DNA of 64,000 nt from Eledone cirrhosa (GCA_964016885.1 OZ024745.1:129828001-129892000); one strand, 5' to 3'; counted from the stretch's first letter, positions 14,997-29,869 are shown. Translations and numbers: made by a program. The notes: a model not told the origin generated them from the sequence alone.

Positions 14997-15069
14997 ATAT
15001 ATATGTATATATATATACATATAAATGTATATATGTATATATATATATATACATAATTATATATATGTA

Positions 15070-15115
<46 letters not shown>

Positions 15116-15154
15116 CATATATATATATACATATATATATATATACATATATAT

Positions 15155-15185
<31 letters not shown>

Positions 15186-15261
15186 TAGATATAAATAATT
15201 ATATAAATATATATATACACATATATATAATTATATATATATATATATACACACATATATA

Positions 15262-15296
<35 letters not shown>

Positions 15297-15567
15297 GTTA
15301 TTCTGGGTTGAATCGGAGGTAACCACAGTAAGTAAGGTACTCAATACATAGCAGAGTATAACAGTTTTAATATAGATGAGATTCTACAGGACTAGAACTA
15401 TTGCATTCTTTAGAAATCATCAGGAATCAGATTCCTGATGATTTCTAAAGAATGAAACAGTTCTAGTCCTGTAGAATCTCATCTATATTAAAACTACATA
15501 TATATATATGTATATATACACATATATATAATTATATATATATATATATACACACATATATAAAATA

Positions 15568-15598
<31 letters not shown>

Positions 15599-15621
15599 CA
15601 TATATATAATTATATATATAC

Positions 15622-15652
<31 letters not shown>

Positions 15653-15716
15653 ATTATATATATACATATATATATATAATTATATATATGAGTATATATA
15701 TATATGTATCATTTTA

Positions 15717-15796
<80 letters not shown>

Positions 15797-15892
15797 TATA
15801 ATTATATATATATATATATATACACACATATATAAAATGATACATATATATATATACTCATATATATAATTATATATATATATGTATATATA

Positions 15893-15946
<54 letters not shown>

Positions 15947-16008
15947 TATAATTATATATATATATATACATATATATAATTATATATATATATATATATA
16001 CATATATA

Positions 16009-16044
<36 letters not shown>

Positions 16045-16757
16045 TATATATACATATACAAATATATAATTATATAATTATATATATATACATTTATATA
16101 ATTATATATATATATACATATATATAATTCTATATATACATATATATAATTATTTATATATATATATATACAAATATATAATTATATAATTATATATATA
16201 TATATATACAAATATATAATTATATATATATATGTATACATATATAAAATTATATATATATATATATATATACATATATATAATTATATATATATATATA
16301 CATATATATAATTAAATATATATATATATATACATATATACATTTATATATTTATTTTAATAATATTATTATTACTATATACATATATATATATACATAT
16401 ATATTTATAGATAAATAGAAAAAAGAATAACATGTATATAAACTGCATGGTCTTTATATAAAACCGTTTCAAAATTAATGTATATATGAATTATATTTCC
16501 CTTAAATATCTTAAAATATTTTCGTGTAAATGCAAGCAGATTTATCTGCTATGTATACATATTTTCGCCGCTTCAACTTTCACGCCATTATGTACATGAA
16601 TATATAAAAAAATAGACATAAAATTTAGCTATATATGCATAAAACAAACTTAAGTTTACACAGATATATACGAGTACACACTCCCTAATACCCACCGAAA
16701 CATATTTATGTATGTATATATATATATGCACATATAGTAATATATGTGTATATATAA

Positions 16758-16820
<63 letters not shown>

Positions 16821-16824
16821 CATA

Positions 16825-16895
<71 letters not shown>

Positions 16896-16919
16896 ACATA
16901 TATATATATATATATATGT

Positions 16920-16961
<42 letters not shown>

Positions 16962-17062
16962 GTATACATATATATTTATATATATATATATATAAATTAT
17001 ATGAATATATATATATATATATATATTTATGTATACATATATATATATATATATATTTATGT

Positions 17063-17104
<42 letters not shown>

Positions 17105-17412
17105 GTATACATATATATTTATATATATATATATAAATTATATGAATATAAATATATATGCATATATATATATATATAAGTAAATATATATATATATATA
17201 TATATAAATGTATATATATATAAATATATATATTTATAAATGTATGTATATAAATGTATGTATATAAATGTATATATATAAATATATATATATATAAATG
17301 TATGTATATAAATATATATGCATATATATATATGTATATACACACACACACACACATATATATGTATATATATACATATATATGTATGTCTATATATATA
17401 TATGTATGTATA

Positions 17413-17498
<86 letters not shown>

Positions 17499-17510
17499 TA
17501 CATGTACATA
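14996..17510. repeat. Very long compound TA-rich microsatellite region with short unique islands
   Basis: Direct reading. It is the source of many spurious IY-repeat ORFs. Confidence 0.9.
15295..15497. mobile_element. Family D fold-back element with HHR. Other copies at 47362-47490, 48862-49050 and 56129-56312.
   Basis: The plus arm at 15429-15479 reads agattc-CTGATGA-tttctaaagaat-GAAA-cag ttctagtc ctg-TA-gaatct. The minus arm has GAAA mutated. Flanked by (TA)n. Confidence 0.8.
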
Positions 17511-17880
17511 ACAATATACATTGATGTATATTTGTATAATATTTTTGCTTACAAACATTTATATTTATATCTTTTTTACGTAATATACTTGAATTATGCA
17601 TTAGATGAACACGACTATATTCTTTGAAGAATCTTGCATTGCACTCATAAATTTGAGGCCGCAACGTACACTTATTCCATTATTTTACCATGACATCTTT
17701 TTTTCCTTTTGATGATTTAAAAATACTGAAACGATAATTTGCGATGAATTGAAATGAATAAATCTCTATTCATTTTCAGTCAATAAGTTTCATTTTTATG
17801 AGGTTCTATTTTGACTTAAGAGATTTTATTTTTATTATTATCATTATCATTATTGCTGTTGTTATTATTGTTGTTGTTGC

Positions 17881-17913
<33 letters not shown>

Positions 17914-18293
17914 CATTAATTTTTTTTGTAATAAATGTTTCAAAATTGTTAATTTCGTTGTTTTATTAATTGTTATTATCTCTATTTTATTTTCGTTAAC
18001 TTCATTTTGAAAGGTTTGCTAGTAGTTCCTCCTAGTGTATTTCTGTAGAAATTTAGTAAACAATATACCAGGGTGCATATTAAATCTGATTGCTTAAAGT
18101 CAAAAACTACAAAATAAAAACAAAACTTACAAAATTATTGGTCTATATATCCTTTTTTCACGACAAAAATATAGATATGGAATTTATGTAGATATAAAGG
18201 TATTATATATATACATAGACACTCACATACACTCACACATACGCAAACACTCAAGCATACACACACACTCGCATATATATATATATATATACA

Positions 18294-18388
<95 letters not shown>

Positions 18389-18871
18389 TAGCAGAATTAC
18401 CCGGCGTTGCTCGGGGTTTGCAATTATGCTAAGAATATACACCTAGGAAGTAAAAGAAGAACATTATTTGTCCCCAACCTGTCAAAATAAGCAGCAGAAG
18501 TCTTCAATAATTAATGCAAACGAATATTTAGTGCAATCTTTGTACACATAAAACTATGCTGATAATGAAGGAAAACACTGAACAGGATGTAGTTATACAA
18601 ATGATTAAAGACAATACACGTTGCAAAAGTGTAAAAAAACAGGCAGTGTTGCTAAAGTACAAAAAGTTGTAATGAAAGCAGATTTGTATACAAACAAAAA
18701 CACAATGAGAGTAGAATAAGAGAAAATCTATTCTTTGAGAGCATCCTTTGCTGTGTATGGTTAAATTTTTAACTTATAATCCAAAATATCCTGCATGACA
18801 TATTCATTGGTATGTTTTGTAATGAGTAAGGTGAAATCAAGGCAGAGCTGTAATAAGTTTTTTTGTTAACA

Positions 18872-20220
18872 CTAAAGCACTTCAAGATAGACGATATTCT
18901 TTGTTTTTCTTTTCGGAATAAACGCAAAGAGATTATCTCGACTGCCAACTCGTGAGCAGGCAACGTAGAATTGTCCGAGCGAAAAGCAATGTTCATCCAA
19001 GTGAATTCCAGCGACGGACACAGTTTGACCTTGCGACTTGTTTATGGACATCGCAAAGGCAACACGAAGGGGAAATTGGGTTCGGCGAAAGGAGAAGGAA
19101 GTATCCATGCCTGATGTAGTCAGGCTAATTTTTGTTATTATCACATCCTCGCCTTTTCCACATCCGGATAGAATGGTAGCGTCAATACTAAGTGGAGACA
19201 GTTTTTTAACCACAAGGCGTGTACCATTGCATAGTTTTGGAGGAGTGATATTTCTCAGCAAAATAACTGGTGTTCCCTCTTTCAGAACCAATGTATTAGG
19301 AGGTAAACCAGGAGGATTTAAAGAATCTAGAAATTCAACTGGATAATTGACCGCATCCTGTGTATCACATACAGTAATAATAGATTTATATATCCGTGGA
19401 CATCCAGGAAGAAGCTGAAGAAGCTGATCGTTAATACAGCTAACCGTGATATTTTAGGGTGCAAGAATGGCTCTTTCCCATAGCCAATCAAGATTCGTAT
19501 AGTTATCACGCAAGTTCTGGAATACACTCGCCTTGAGATCATCGACAGTTTCAACTACATTGCAGATGTGATCAATTGCTATGTGTCCATCTGTATCCGG
19601 AGGTAGGTTACCATCTCCTATTGTACGAATGTCTCCAGAAAATGTTGATAACAGAGGGTCCCATGCAACCTTGCACGCATGTTGGTAGTTAGTCTTAATG
19701 ATGTCACTTGTCTCCACAATGGTGAAGACTTAAGACATGCATTTACCGCATCTGCTCTTGTTCCTTTCGGTATTTTAGGAAGAGTCTGTCTGAAGTCTCC
19801 TGATAGCAGAAGGATGAAACCCCTCATAACATCACTGCAATCCCGTATGTTTTGCAAAGAACTGTCTAGTGTCTCAAGAGCATCTTTGTGCGCCATTGTG
19901 CACTCATCCCAAACAATAAGGTGACACCTTCGCAGCAGATGAGCCCTTTCGGAGTCTTTGGGGATATGATAAATAAAAGTTTCCAATTTTGCCAAATCAA
20001 GGGGCAATTTAAAAACTGAATGTGCCGTCCTTCCACCAGGGATCAAAGTTACTGCGATTCCAGAGGACGCAACTGCTATTGCTATGTCCTTATTCTGTCT
20101 AACCTTTTAACCTTTGCAAGAAGAAGTTTAGTAACGAAAGTTTTTTCTGCCCCCCCCCCCCCCCCCCCACACACACACCTGGAGCATCGACGAAAAATAT
20201 GCACCCTCTTCTTTGAAATA
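18872..20220 (-). pseudogene. Helitron RepHel, PIF1-family helicase domain (fragmented)
   Basis: GGRTAHSVFKLP, LIVWDECTM, LLSGDFRQTLP, LRLTTNMR, LLRN..PPKLCNGTRL, QFPLRVAFAMSINKSQGQT and GQFYVACSRV, with frameshifts and stops. Confidence 0.92.
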
Positions 20221-23200
20221 AAATACCAATTCAGTAATGGCGGTATAAGCCAGTCGCTGATCAGCTAGAAGTTTTGGCTCATTATCTGTGACGTAGAGGC
20301 CTAGATCATGGATGTCATAAGAAGTCTCCTGTATGATATCTGTGGGAAGTTTGTTTGAGTCTGTGCGATGAGTTTCTGGTAAACCATAGTAACGTAAAAC
20401 CTTTCCTCCAATCAGAGCTAACTTGACCTCAATATCAATGAGAGCTCTGTGGTATAATTATTTAATAAAGCTGACCTCTATTTCTGGAAGCAGCAATTGT
20501 GTTTGGTGTCTGTAGTCGTCTGTTACTTCATCCCTATATTTCATCCACAAGGACAGAGGATCAGATAAGTTGCACGAGTGCAAAAGTACCGGAAATAAAT
20601 TTCTTAGGCTGGCAGGTGAATGTGAAAGAGCAGCTTCCGCCAACGTTGCATCCCACTGCGAACCATCTTCCAGCAATCCACGCCTCAAACATGCCTTTGT
20701 GTATGTTGGAAGAACTTGTCCGTCTAACGTTCAGAGATCATCAAAGCAGGTAGGTCCACTGACCTTATGTAGTAGCATGCGAAGATGGAAGCACTCGTGT
20801 TGGTTTGGGGGACAGTATAAACTCTGCCCAAGCACTTGTTGAACTTTATGCCTGGATAACCTTCGACACAATGTCATGTTTTTCTTCGCTTCCATGTATT
20901 TTTGTCCCAGGTATAGTAAGATGGGACTTGTGGATATAGTAAGGTTTTAGCAAATGGATCTTCTTGACATAGTTTAAAGAAAGCGGTAAGAGTAGTATCC
21001 TTTGGTTCTTGTGCTAACTGAGCAGCTGATGCATTCGTAAAATATACTCTCTGACCGTTCTCCAGGTGCACTTGGAGTTTTTGAACAGCAGGATGTCGTT
21101 GATGTATAAAAAATCAGAAAATCCGCCAGAACGCTTCATTAGAGTTAATGTATCTTCCAGTTTGGTACTGGGCCGCTGCATATCGGCTGTTTTCCCGAAG
21201 TAATCCAAACGTAGCAGCATCAGAGCCTTTAATAATGTACTTACAAATGTATTTTATAGATTTAATCGAATTGCAGTATTCTACGTTTATGTGTGCATCA
21301 AAAATCTTTATAAGGAGTGGATTATATGGAACAACCCATCTGTTGTCAACCTCATGTTTGCCAACCCTTGCTGTGAATCCACCATGTTCGGGTCTTCTTC
21401 GGCGATATAGTGGGTATCCGTCATGACCAGTCTGAGTGTCCTTAAGGAACTGTCGGGGAAATTTCTTTGCGTACCTAGACTTGTCCTTAACACACGGTAG
21501 GTTGTTGTGAAATCCATGTCCACATGGGCCTTGCACCATGTGTGCTTTAACTTTTTGGTAAAGGTCCCTGTCGATTGCCGGATCCGGAAACTCAGCATAA
21601 ATGACATTGTCAATTTCATCTGATCTAAGTTTTGTCTTTAATCATATCAGAATGTGGGCATGTGGCAAGCCTCGTTTTTGCCACACAATTGTAAGCATGT
21701 CACATTGTACTGGGCCAAATATTTCACCTGTTTTGATAAATTCCATGAGCTTAATTAACTTAAGATGGAAAACTCTGGGAATAAGATCCTGCCTGGCTGT
21801 GGCCTTTTGACCTGGAAAGAGTTCTTTCTGAATCTCTTCCCATTTTGGGTTTGAAGTGAAAGTAATAAACAAATCTGGTTTACCGAAAAGTCACACAAAA
21901 GTTAAAGCATTTTGAAATTTTTCGAAAAAGAACCGAGGACTTCCTGTGAAAGATGAAGGCAGGATTCACAACAGTCCAATACTATCAGGATCTGCATCAT
22001 TGTTCATTCCATCACGAAGGTGAATGTAAGTGTCACAGCGAAGTTGTTTCTGATTATCTCGAATGAAGCATTAATCTCTCGTACTCCATTGTTGCGAACA
22101 TGTCAACTGCCAATTGATTGAAGAGGTCTTGCGATCGGTGCAGCTGGTTGAAGCAGTTGTCGCGGATCATGAACCGGAAAGCGTAAAAATCCATGCACGT
22201 GACAATTTTCGTGGTATGCTCATCTTGGTTTGTGGAATTAATTTGATGAATTCCGAAATGGTATCCATCCTCACCATAAACAAATAATAGCGGGTACTGG
22301 AGTGCGTCGTAAGATCGATGGGTTTCACTTATTCTGTTAAGGCTGTTGTCTCGTCGCTTGATAATAATGTCTCTCTTGTTGTGTTGCTCTCCACTAATAA
22401 TGATGGCTACTTCATTACAAGTAGGTGCATTATACCGGCCCGCATGATCCCCAGATGGTCTCTCATCAGCGTAAATGACGATATCGTAATTTGGCGAAGG
22501 TGCTTCTTCTAAAGCACACTTGAAACTTTTAATATAGCGATTGTTAGAGTGAAGCATGTCTTGGAGGCCAATCAAGAGTTCCAGTTTAGTGTCTGAAGTG
22601 TACGATTGCCGTCGATCTGCTTGCTGATGACAGTTAACAATAAAGTAAACCTGTAAAAATTGTGGCTCTTCAGTAGGCAGCGGTTACAGTGATCCAATAA
22701 GATGATACACCTGGCCCTGGACTTTGAAAGTCGACATAAATCTATCTTCCTTCAGACGTTTTGCACCGAAAGAGGTCATTTGAAACGCAATGTTGTACTG
22801 TCGGATATGCTTCAGAAAATCACGTGATTGTGAATGCTTACCTGTTAGAAGCATCTGGAGAGGTTGCGGTGGTTCCCTAAGGGTGGGCAAATTAACCTTA
22901 CCGTTGGAGCAGCACATTCCAGCTGGACCCCCCCCCCACACACACAGTTTTTAGCTTTACAATGTTGGCAAGTATTTGACATGGCATATATTTGAATATC
23001 AGGATGGATTTGATAGTTTACATTAGGGTCATAATTAACTGCCTTGAGGTACCATCGTGAGCGTGATACCTTTGAAATACCCCACGATAAAGCTCTACGT
23101 TGAGCGTTACCCTCCAGCCAAATAGCTCGACTTGTTACAGTCTCTACAGCTCATGCCGTAGCAGTAGCTGAAGCATTTCTCAACTGCCGACTTTGACGTT

Positions 23201-23493
23201 CTTGCTCAGTCTCAATTGCTCTTGCTGCAACATTAGCTGAAGCATTACACGCACGGCGTGTTTCATATTGTTGTACTGTCTCTGCAGATCTTGCTGCAGC
23301 AGTATCTGTAGCATCCATAGCAAGGCGTGTTTCACGTTGCTCTGTAGTCTCTGCAGCTCGTGCTGCAGCAGTTACTTCAGCATTATTGGTTCACCGCACT
23401 AACCGACGCTCAGCGGCAGACAAAGATGTTGCAATAACTGTACTCAGCGCATTTAGTGATTGTCTATTTTCGGTTATCGGCGGAGCGTCATTT
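20220..23493 (-). pseudogene. Helitron RepHel, N-terminal region and HUH Rep domain (fragmented)
   Basis: GMCCSNGKV, FKVQGQVYHLIGSL, HRSYDALQYPLLF..GEDG, FITFTSNPKW, QKRGLPHAHIL (HUH), GYPLYRRR, DNRWVVPYNP and HINVE..YICKYIIKG. Confidence 0.9.
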
Positions 23494-24620
23494 ACACGCA
23501 TTGTTTTCTTCGACCGATATGTGCATACTTTCTTTTACGGGGCATATTTGGTGAAAAGTTGTAAAGTCAAAATGTATGAATTGAAGCGTTACAGTTAACT
23601 TTGAAAGTGCAACAATTTTTTTTTTTATCAACATGGCTTTGCTTATGAAAGTTTTAAAAATGAAAAAGTTGTAGGTCTCAATGTTTTGAATGGAAAGTCC
23701 CATAACGATTGTTCTAAAAATAAACAAACCATCATCAAAATCTCGTCAATTCGAGAATGCTGCGAGATTATGCCCTTAACGCGAAAATTAACACTTAATA
23801 TAGTGAAACAAGTTAAAACAACAAGTGTATTTTTAACTTTGAAAGTGCAACAAAGAATAAAGAAGAAACAAACGATAATATTAGTGATTTATCTTCAAAT
23901 GAATGTGATGTTTATATTGAAAAGTTGGTTATCTCCTTTTTTATAAGGATTGTCAATAAAGTTTGTTATCTCCCTTACATCATTGTTTCTAGCGATAATT
24001 TTGATATTGATTTTTTATTGGGTCGATTTAAAAAAAATGTTTGTGATGTGACAATCTTAGCTACCTGTGCAACGTGCACAGAAAATTTGGTCAAATTCAG
24101 TTGGTAATTGTGAAAGCTTTAAGCATGCAAAATTGTACACAGACACACACACATCCTCGCTTTTATATATATAAAGATATATATATATATATATAGATAG
24201 ATATACATAGATAGATATATAGAGAGAGAGATATATGTAATACCGTATATAGAGAAGGAAACACAAAAAGAGGTAAAGTTTTCATTTACAAGGGGTAGAG
24301 AGCCACTAAAGTGAAGTGTATAAGATCTACGAAAAGTGGAGAAAATATATAATCATAAAGAGGTAAAATTAAAATGTAAAAAACCCACCTGTATAACTAA
24401 CTATACAAACTTGGACATTCCCAAAGAAGAGAATATTTCGCTAAAGTGCTGGTACCTCATATTCTCAGGGTTTATCAACGGCTGTACACGCATATATATA
24501 CTTAATGAGCATATATATACTTAACGTTTATTGCTATATACATTACAATTTATACCATATATATATATATATATATATATATTCATTTATTTAATTATGT
24601 AATAAACAACACAATATAAT

Positions 24621-24695
24621 TATTCCATTACCCAAGGTTTCACGAAGTCAGACGACTCTAACAGAGGCGTCTGAAGTCATTCATCAGATACAAAT
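24621..24695 (-). ncRNA. Type I hammerhead ribozyme motif, related in its 3' tail to the 56462 copy
   Basis: Reverse complement reads ttgtat-CTGATGA-atga c t tcagacg..cgtctga ct tcgt-GAAA-cc ttg gg-TA-atggaa. Stem I is imperfect. It is followed by an AT tail and (TA)n. Confidence 0.65.
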
Positions 24696-24748
24696 CTTTA
24701 GTTTGGATATAAAACATCAAATTAAATCTATCGTTAATGAAAGAGAGG

Positions 24749-24787
<39 letters not shown>

Positions 24788-25964
24788 TGACGCATAAATA
24801 TGTAGAGGATTTTAATATATTTCACAAAAACCTTTATGCCCCATAACGTAACAAGGAAAGGTCTGATAATGTATTACACCTAAGTAAACCGATGCATACT
24901 GTCAATTTAAGAACCAATTACTCGACATCTTATATTACATTATATTCCCTTATATTTTCTCTTACGTTTCATATAAATGACTGACATGTAACTTCGTTAC
25001 TATCTTAATACATAAGCTGAATATGTATATTTGAACATGTGTATCGCAAACAATGGAACGTGTATCATCTTTTCAAATAGATAATCATACACTACGAAGT
25101 TTTATATATCTTCATTGATGTCTAATTTTTTTAATATTTTCGGTATCTCTGTTTGAACCGTTTTCTAATTGAATCAAAGTTCCAATTTACCTAAAATATG
25201 ATCCATTGATTAGGGTTAGTTGTTAATAAAACTTGACGATACTGCTATTAATACTTGATATTTGATATTTTTTTGCTCTCGTCATTGACATTATTGATTC
25301 CTTTACAGTGAATCAAAATCGTTTGACTTGAACACCAAGCAACCACATTACGAAGGTTGTGTAAGGTTTATGTTTATATATTGCTTCTAATTTACATAAG
25401 GTATCTTAGGACTGTAGTTGGATGAAAGAGAGATTTAAAATATATTTTCGTCAAATGTGATATTTTATAGGCTTAAAATGAAAGGGATACAAGCTTTCAA
25501 TTTATTTGTATTTCAATCATTCTGGTTGCTATATGTTATGTTTCATAGGTATGCTAAAATATGATGCATTTAATTGCACAATTACTTTCTATAACTGTCT
25601 TTTTATCATGCACACGCATGTGCACCCAATTTCACACATACACATACATACAGCTTCCTCCCAAATACAGACAGACACACACACGCACACATTATATATA
25701 TATATATATATTTATATGAATATATATATATATATACATATATATGTAAGTATATGAATATATATATATTTGTATGTATATATGTGCACACACATATACA
25801 CACACACCCACACACATACACACACACACACATATATATATATATATCCATTTAGGTTTGTAGGTTCACCACTAGATAGAACTGGTCATATATATATATA
25901 TGTGTGTATGTGTGAGTGTGTGTGAGTGTGTGTATATATGCATATGTGTATGTATGCTGTATGC

Positions 25965-26210
25965 GAGAGACATCTTCGTAGATGTTTCGGAACGCATCAT
26001 CAGTAATGTAGTTATTGTCCATCTGCTATTTTGAATCTTCCATCATTAGGGAACCAACTGACCAAGGATTGACTTCTGTCCTAGTAGCAGCTAACTAATG
26101 ATCAGTCTTTTGTTTTTATCTGAATAATTTCCTTGGCTTCTCGCTGCGGTCTTTCTGGACCAAAAGTCTGTTCTCTTAGCTACTCAAATAAAGTCCAATC
26201 ACCTGGGAAC
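25965..26210 (-). mobile_element. Degenerate Penelope-like remnant: GIY-YIG C-terminus-like peptides followed by a partial HHR
   Basis: Reverse-complement fragments DW..., TDFWSRKT and REAKEIIQ in shifting frames, then CTGATGA..GAAA-catc tacgaa gatg-TC with no stem I pairing. Confidence 0.4.
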
Positions 26211-27260
26211 TTATGGATTGAAAGTCACACATAGACTGAACAACCCGCCTTAAAAGAGCTTGATTACCAACGTCTATCCTGGCACATTTTCTCAGTTTGT
26301 GGATACGTTATGAGATTTCTTTCTTTGCCTGATTGAATTTGTACATCCCAGGTTGTTTAACGTGAAGCATAACTAGTTTTATCGTCGATTTCATGCGATA
26401 GTTTTATACTCTCAGAGTGACAGAAGACATTGAAAACAAATGAACTGTTTACACTTTCAGCATATATCTGACCACAGCACCTTAAATAAGGACATTTAAA
26501 CAGTGAAATACACATAGCAGCTGTAATGTAGGACAGTAAACTGGAGGTGATTAAGGAAAGGCGTCGCTTCTTATTTGTTAATATATTTGTGAAAGGTAGC
26601 CACACTCGTATATATATCTGTGACTATGTCTAAATATATACATATATCCCTATAAATGTATTATATACTCCCGTCCGCTAGAGTAAACATTAGGCGGTAT
26701 CTAACTGCTCTTTCTAACAGCCATCTACTTTGACCGCTAGCCACGTGATGATTCTTACCCAATTTGAATTCATTTCTGGCGGCGATCACTGTAGAAATTT
26801 TAGTCCAGACTTGAGGCGTCTCTTGATAAGCTCTAAACCGCATGGATAATATCAAGATTGGACATATCCACAAAGTAAGAGCGAAACTATCGATAGTCGG
26901 GACTAGAGGAATTTGGGTAAAGGTTATATGCATTTTTTCTTCTAACTTATATTTTAGACATAGCTCCGTTTAATTGATTATTTGTCTAGTTAATTTCTAC
27001 GGGCTAAGAGGAAAGACTGGGTAAATTTTATCTGACTGTTCCTCGCGGGGAATAGTCTGTATAATTTATATATTATTTCTTCGAAGTTACATTTTAAACT
27101 TATAGCTCTGTTTAAATGATTATTTTTCTAGTTGATTTCTACGGACTAAGGGAAAGAAAGATTGGGTATATTTTATATAACGGTCCTTCGAACTTGCAAT
27201 TATATATATATATATATGTATATGATAAAAAACACAAGAGCGTCTACAACATCAACAAAT

Positions 27261-27320
27261 TTTTATTGGCTTACAATGTTTCTTCCTTACGTAACCGTAG
27301 GATTCTTCAGAGCTATAAAA
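27261..27320 (-). ncRNA. Type I hammerhead ribozyme motif
   Basis: Reverse complement reads ttttatagct-CTGAAGA-a tcctacg gtta cgtaagga a-GAAA-cattg-TA-agccaataaaa. Confidence 0.7.
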
Positions 27321-28035
27321 GGGGTTTGATTGGTGTTATGGACTCTACCAACCAAACATTCAAGAACAAAGAGTAAAGAGAGTAAAGAGCAAAAGCAGGG
27401 GACAATAAGTCTAATTTTGGTGCGGGAGGGTGGGGTGTGGGCCCTTGTTTACTAGCTGTGGTCATATTCATTCCCGAGAGTCGAGTGGTTAGTGGAGCCA
27501 TAGATGGGGTGGCATCGATAGTAGGGTGCAGAGGGTGTGCAGAGGCTACACACACACGAAGGGCATACATGACTGCTAGACCCGGATGAAACGAAGACGA
27601 AGAATTTCCTTGCGTACCGTTTTGTACCACAGATGCGATCTCACTCTGCCTCGTTAATGTTCAATCAACACCAAAGTTCTACATTCTGGGCAATAGAATT
27701 GAATCCAACCACCGACAACATAGTTGGATGACCGATAATCACACCAAACCGGAGTACTGTGATCCTTATGATTCCTCCGTTATATATATATATATATTGT
27801 ATGCCCTTTGTGTGTGTGTAGCCTCTGCACCCTACTATCGACGCCACCCCATCTATGGCTCCACTAACCACTCGACTCTTGGGAATTAATATGACCACAG
27901 CTAGTAAACAAGAACCCACACCCCAGCCCCCCGCACCAAAATTAGACTTATCGTCCCCTGCTTTTGCTCTTTACTCTCTTTACTCTTTGTTTTTGAATGT
28001 TTGGTTGGTAGAGTCCATAACACCAATCAAACCCC

Positions 28036-28095
28036 TTTTATAGCTCTGAAGAAACCTACGGTTACGTAAGGAAGAAACATTGTAAGCCAATAAAA
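28036..28095 (+). ncRNA. Type I hammerhead ribozyme motif
   Basis: ttttatagct-CTGAAGA-aacctacg gtta cgtaaggaa-GAAA-cattg-TA-agccaataaaa. Confidence 0.65.
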
Positions 28096-28229
28096 ATTTG
28101 TTGATGTTGTAGACGCTCTTGTGTTCTTTTTCATATATAGGGCTCTGTTCCAAAGCATAGAGCTAATTATTATGCTGCCAATACCTTAATGGGACACGGG
28201 TATACAATACCTAACTCCTATTAACCTAA

Positions 28230-28319
<90 letters not shown>

Positions 28320-28564
28320 TGGAGGGAGAGAGAGAGAGAGAGAGAGGTATATATGTGTGTATCTGAATGTATGTAATATGATATAATATGAAAACTAACT
28401 GAAAAATGACTCTAAACCCAAAATAAACTCTTTCCATATAAATATAAAACACTCTAATATATATATCAAATATATATATTGAACCTAATTAAAGTCCCTT
28501 ACCATTAAAATAGTTCAAGGAAAAAAATTTCCGACCCGTGTAATATAATTCAATACAACAAAGG

Positions 28565-29088
28565 GAGATAAACACAGATATATTCATATCCGTGTTCAAA
28601 TTATAAGGGACCATATTCGCTATTTTAATTGTAAGGGACTTTACTGAGTTTCTAACTCAATATATACTTTGATAATACGGCTCGTTGAATTCTGTAGAGC
28701 TTAGTAATTGTCCCTTGAACCAAACTACTATTTTTAGTAGTGTACGTTATTTACGAGACACGCGAGGCTCTGGATGCCACGTGCGTTATTCTAAATGCAC
28801 GTTTCATTTATTCTTCTAAGAAACCTAGAATGTGAAGGGTTTGCTAATTTTTTACATCTCTTGAAGAGCAGAAGAATTGCGAATTCCCTTCACTTGATGC
28901 GAAAGAGTTTTACCAAAGACTGTCTGGATAGTCGATAGTTATCACAATCAATTTGCTTTTTCTAAATTGTTTCTTTTAATTGAGTCTGGCATGCCGTATT
29001 GTTTATACTTAGCATAATATTCACCCTAGCGAATCTGGTCCCTTATAATTTGAACACGGATATGTATATTTCTGTGTTTATCTGTCTT
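28565..29088. repeat. Element with about 55-bp diverged inverted arms (28567-28622 and 29027-29082). A diverged relative lies at about 37100-37470.
   Basis: gataaacacagatatattcatatccgtgttcaaattataagggacca versus tggtcccttataatttgaacacggatatgtatatttctgtgtttatc. Confidence 0.6.
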
Positions 29089-29255
29089 TGGCAGTATCGG
29101 TAGAGGTTTCCAGCATAGTTACGTCCCTTTACGATCTGAGTTCAAAATCCCGCCGAGGTTGACTTTGCCTTTCATCCTTACGGGGTCGATAAAATAAAGT
29201 ATCAATAATGCACTGGGTAATTGCTGGCCTAGTGCCTAAAGTAGAAACAATTATA
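29088..29255 (+). mobile_element. SINE family 1 (internal deletion)
   Basis: Family motifs. Confidence 0.8.
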
Positions 29256-29263
29256 TTATATTG

Positions 29264-29376
<113 letters not shown>

Positions 29377-29681
29377 GTGTGTGTGTGTTTATATATATGT
29401 AGCTATATCCGTTCAAATAAACTCTAGGAAACCGTGACTATACCAATGTGTATACAGACTTTCGTGTATTTATGTGCGCATGTAAACATGCCAGAAAATA
29501 CTAATTACCATGTAATCGATTTTTGCGCCTGATTGGCCTTCATTAGAATGTGTATATCATCGAAACAACCACACGGATACATGTATTTCACGAGCTTATA
29601 TTGTGGTGATTCGCTCTTATTATTCTGAAATGTATGTAATAATTTGCATAAAATTAGCGATCGTATTAGGAATATATATGC

Positions 29682-29683
<2 letters not shown>

Positions 29684-29761
<78 letters not shown>

Positions 29762-29780
29762 TATATATACATATATATGT

Positions 29781-29869
<89 letters not shown>

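Larger units (their letters stand above)
18388..24177 (-). mobile_element. Full-length decayed Helitron (rolling-circle transposon), about 5.8 kb
   Basis: On the minus strand it starts A|TC (tctttatatatataaaag.. at 24177) and ends CTAG|T at 18388, preceded by a GC hairpin (18400-18415). There is no TSD, it sits in a (TA)n tract, and it contains Rep and PIF1 helicase fragments. Confidence 0.93.
27221..28135. mobile_element. Inverted-repeat element (arms about 27221-27569 and 27798-28135) with an HHR in each arm
   Basis: About 340-bp reverse-complement arms with TA flanks. The ORF track shows the same spurious peptide on both strands. Confidence 0.8.
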
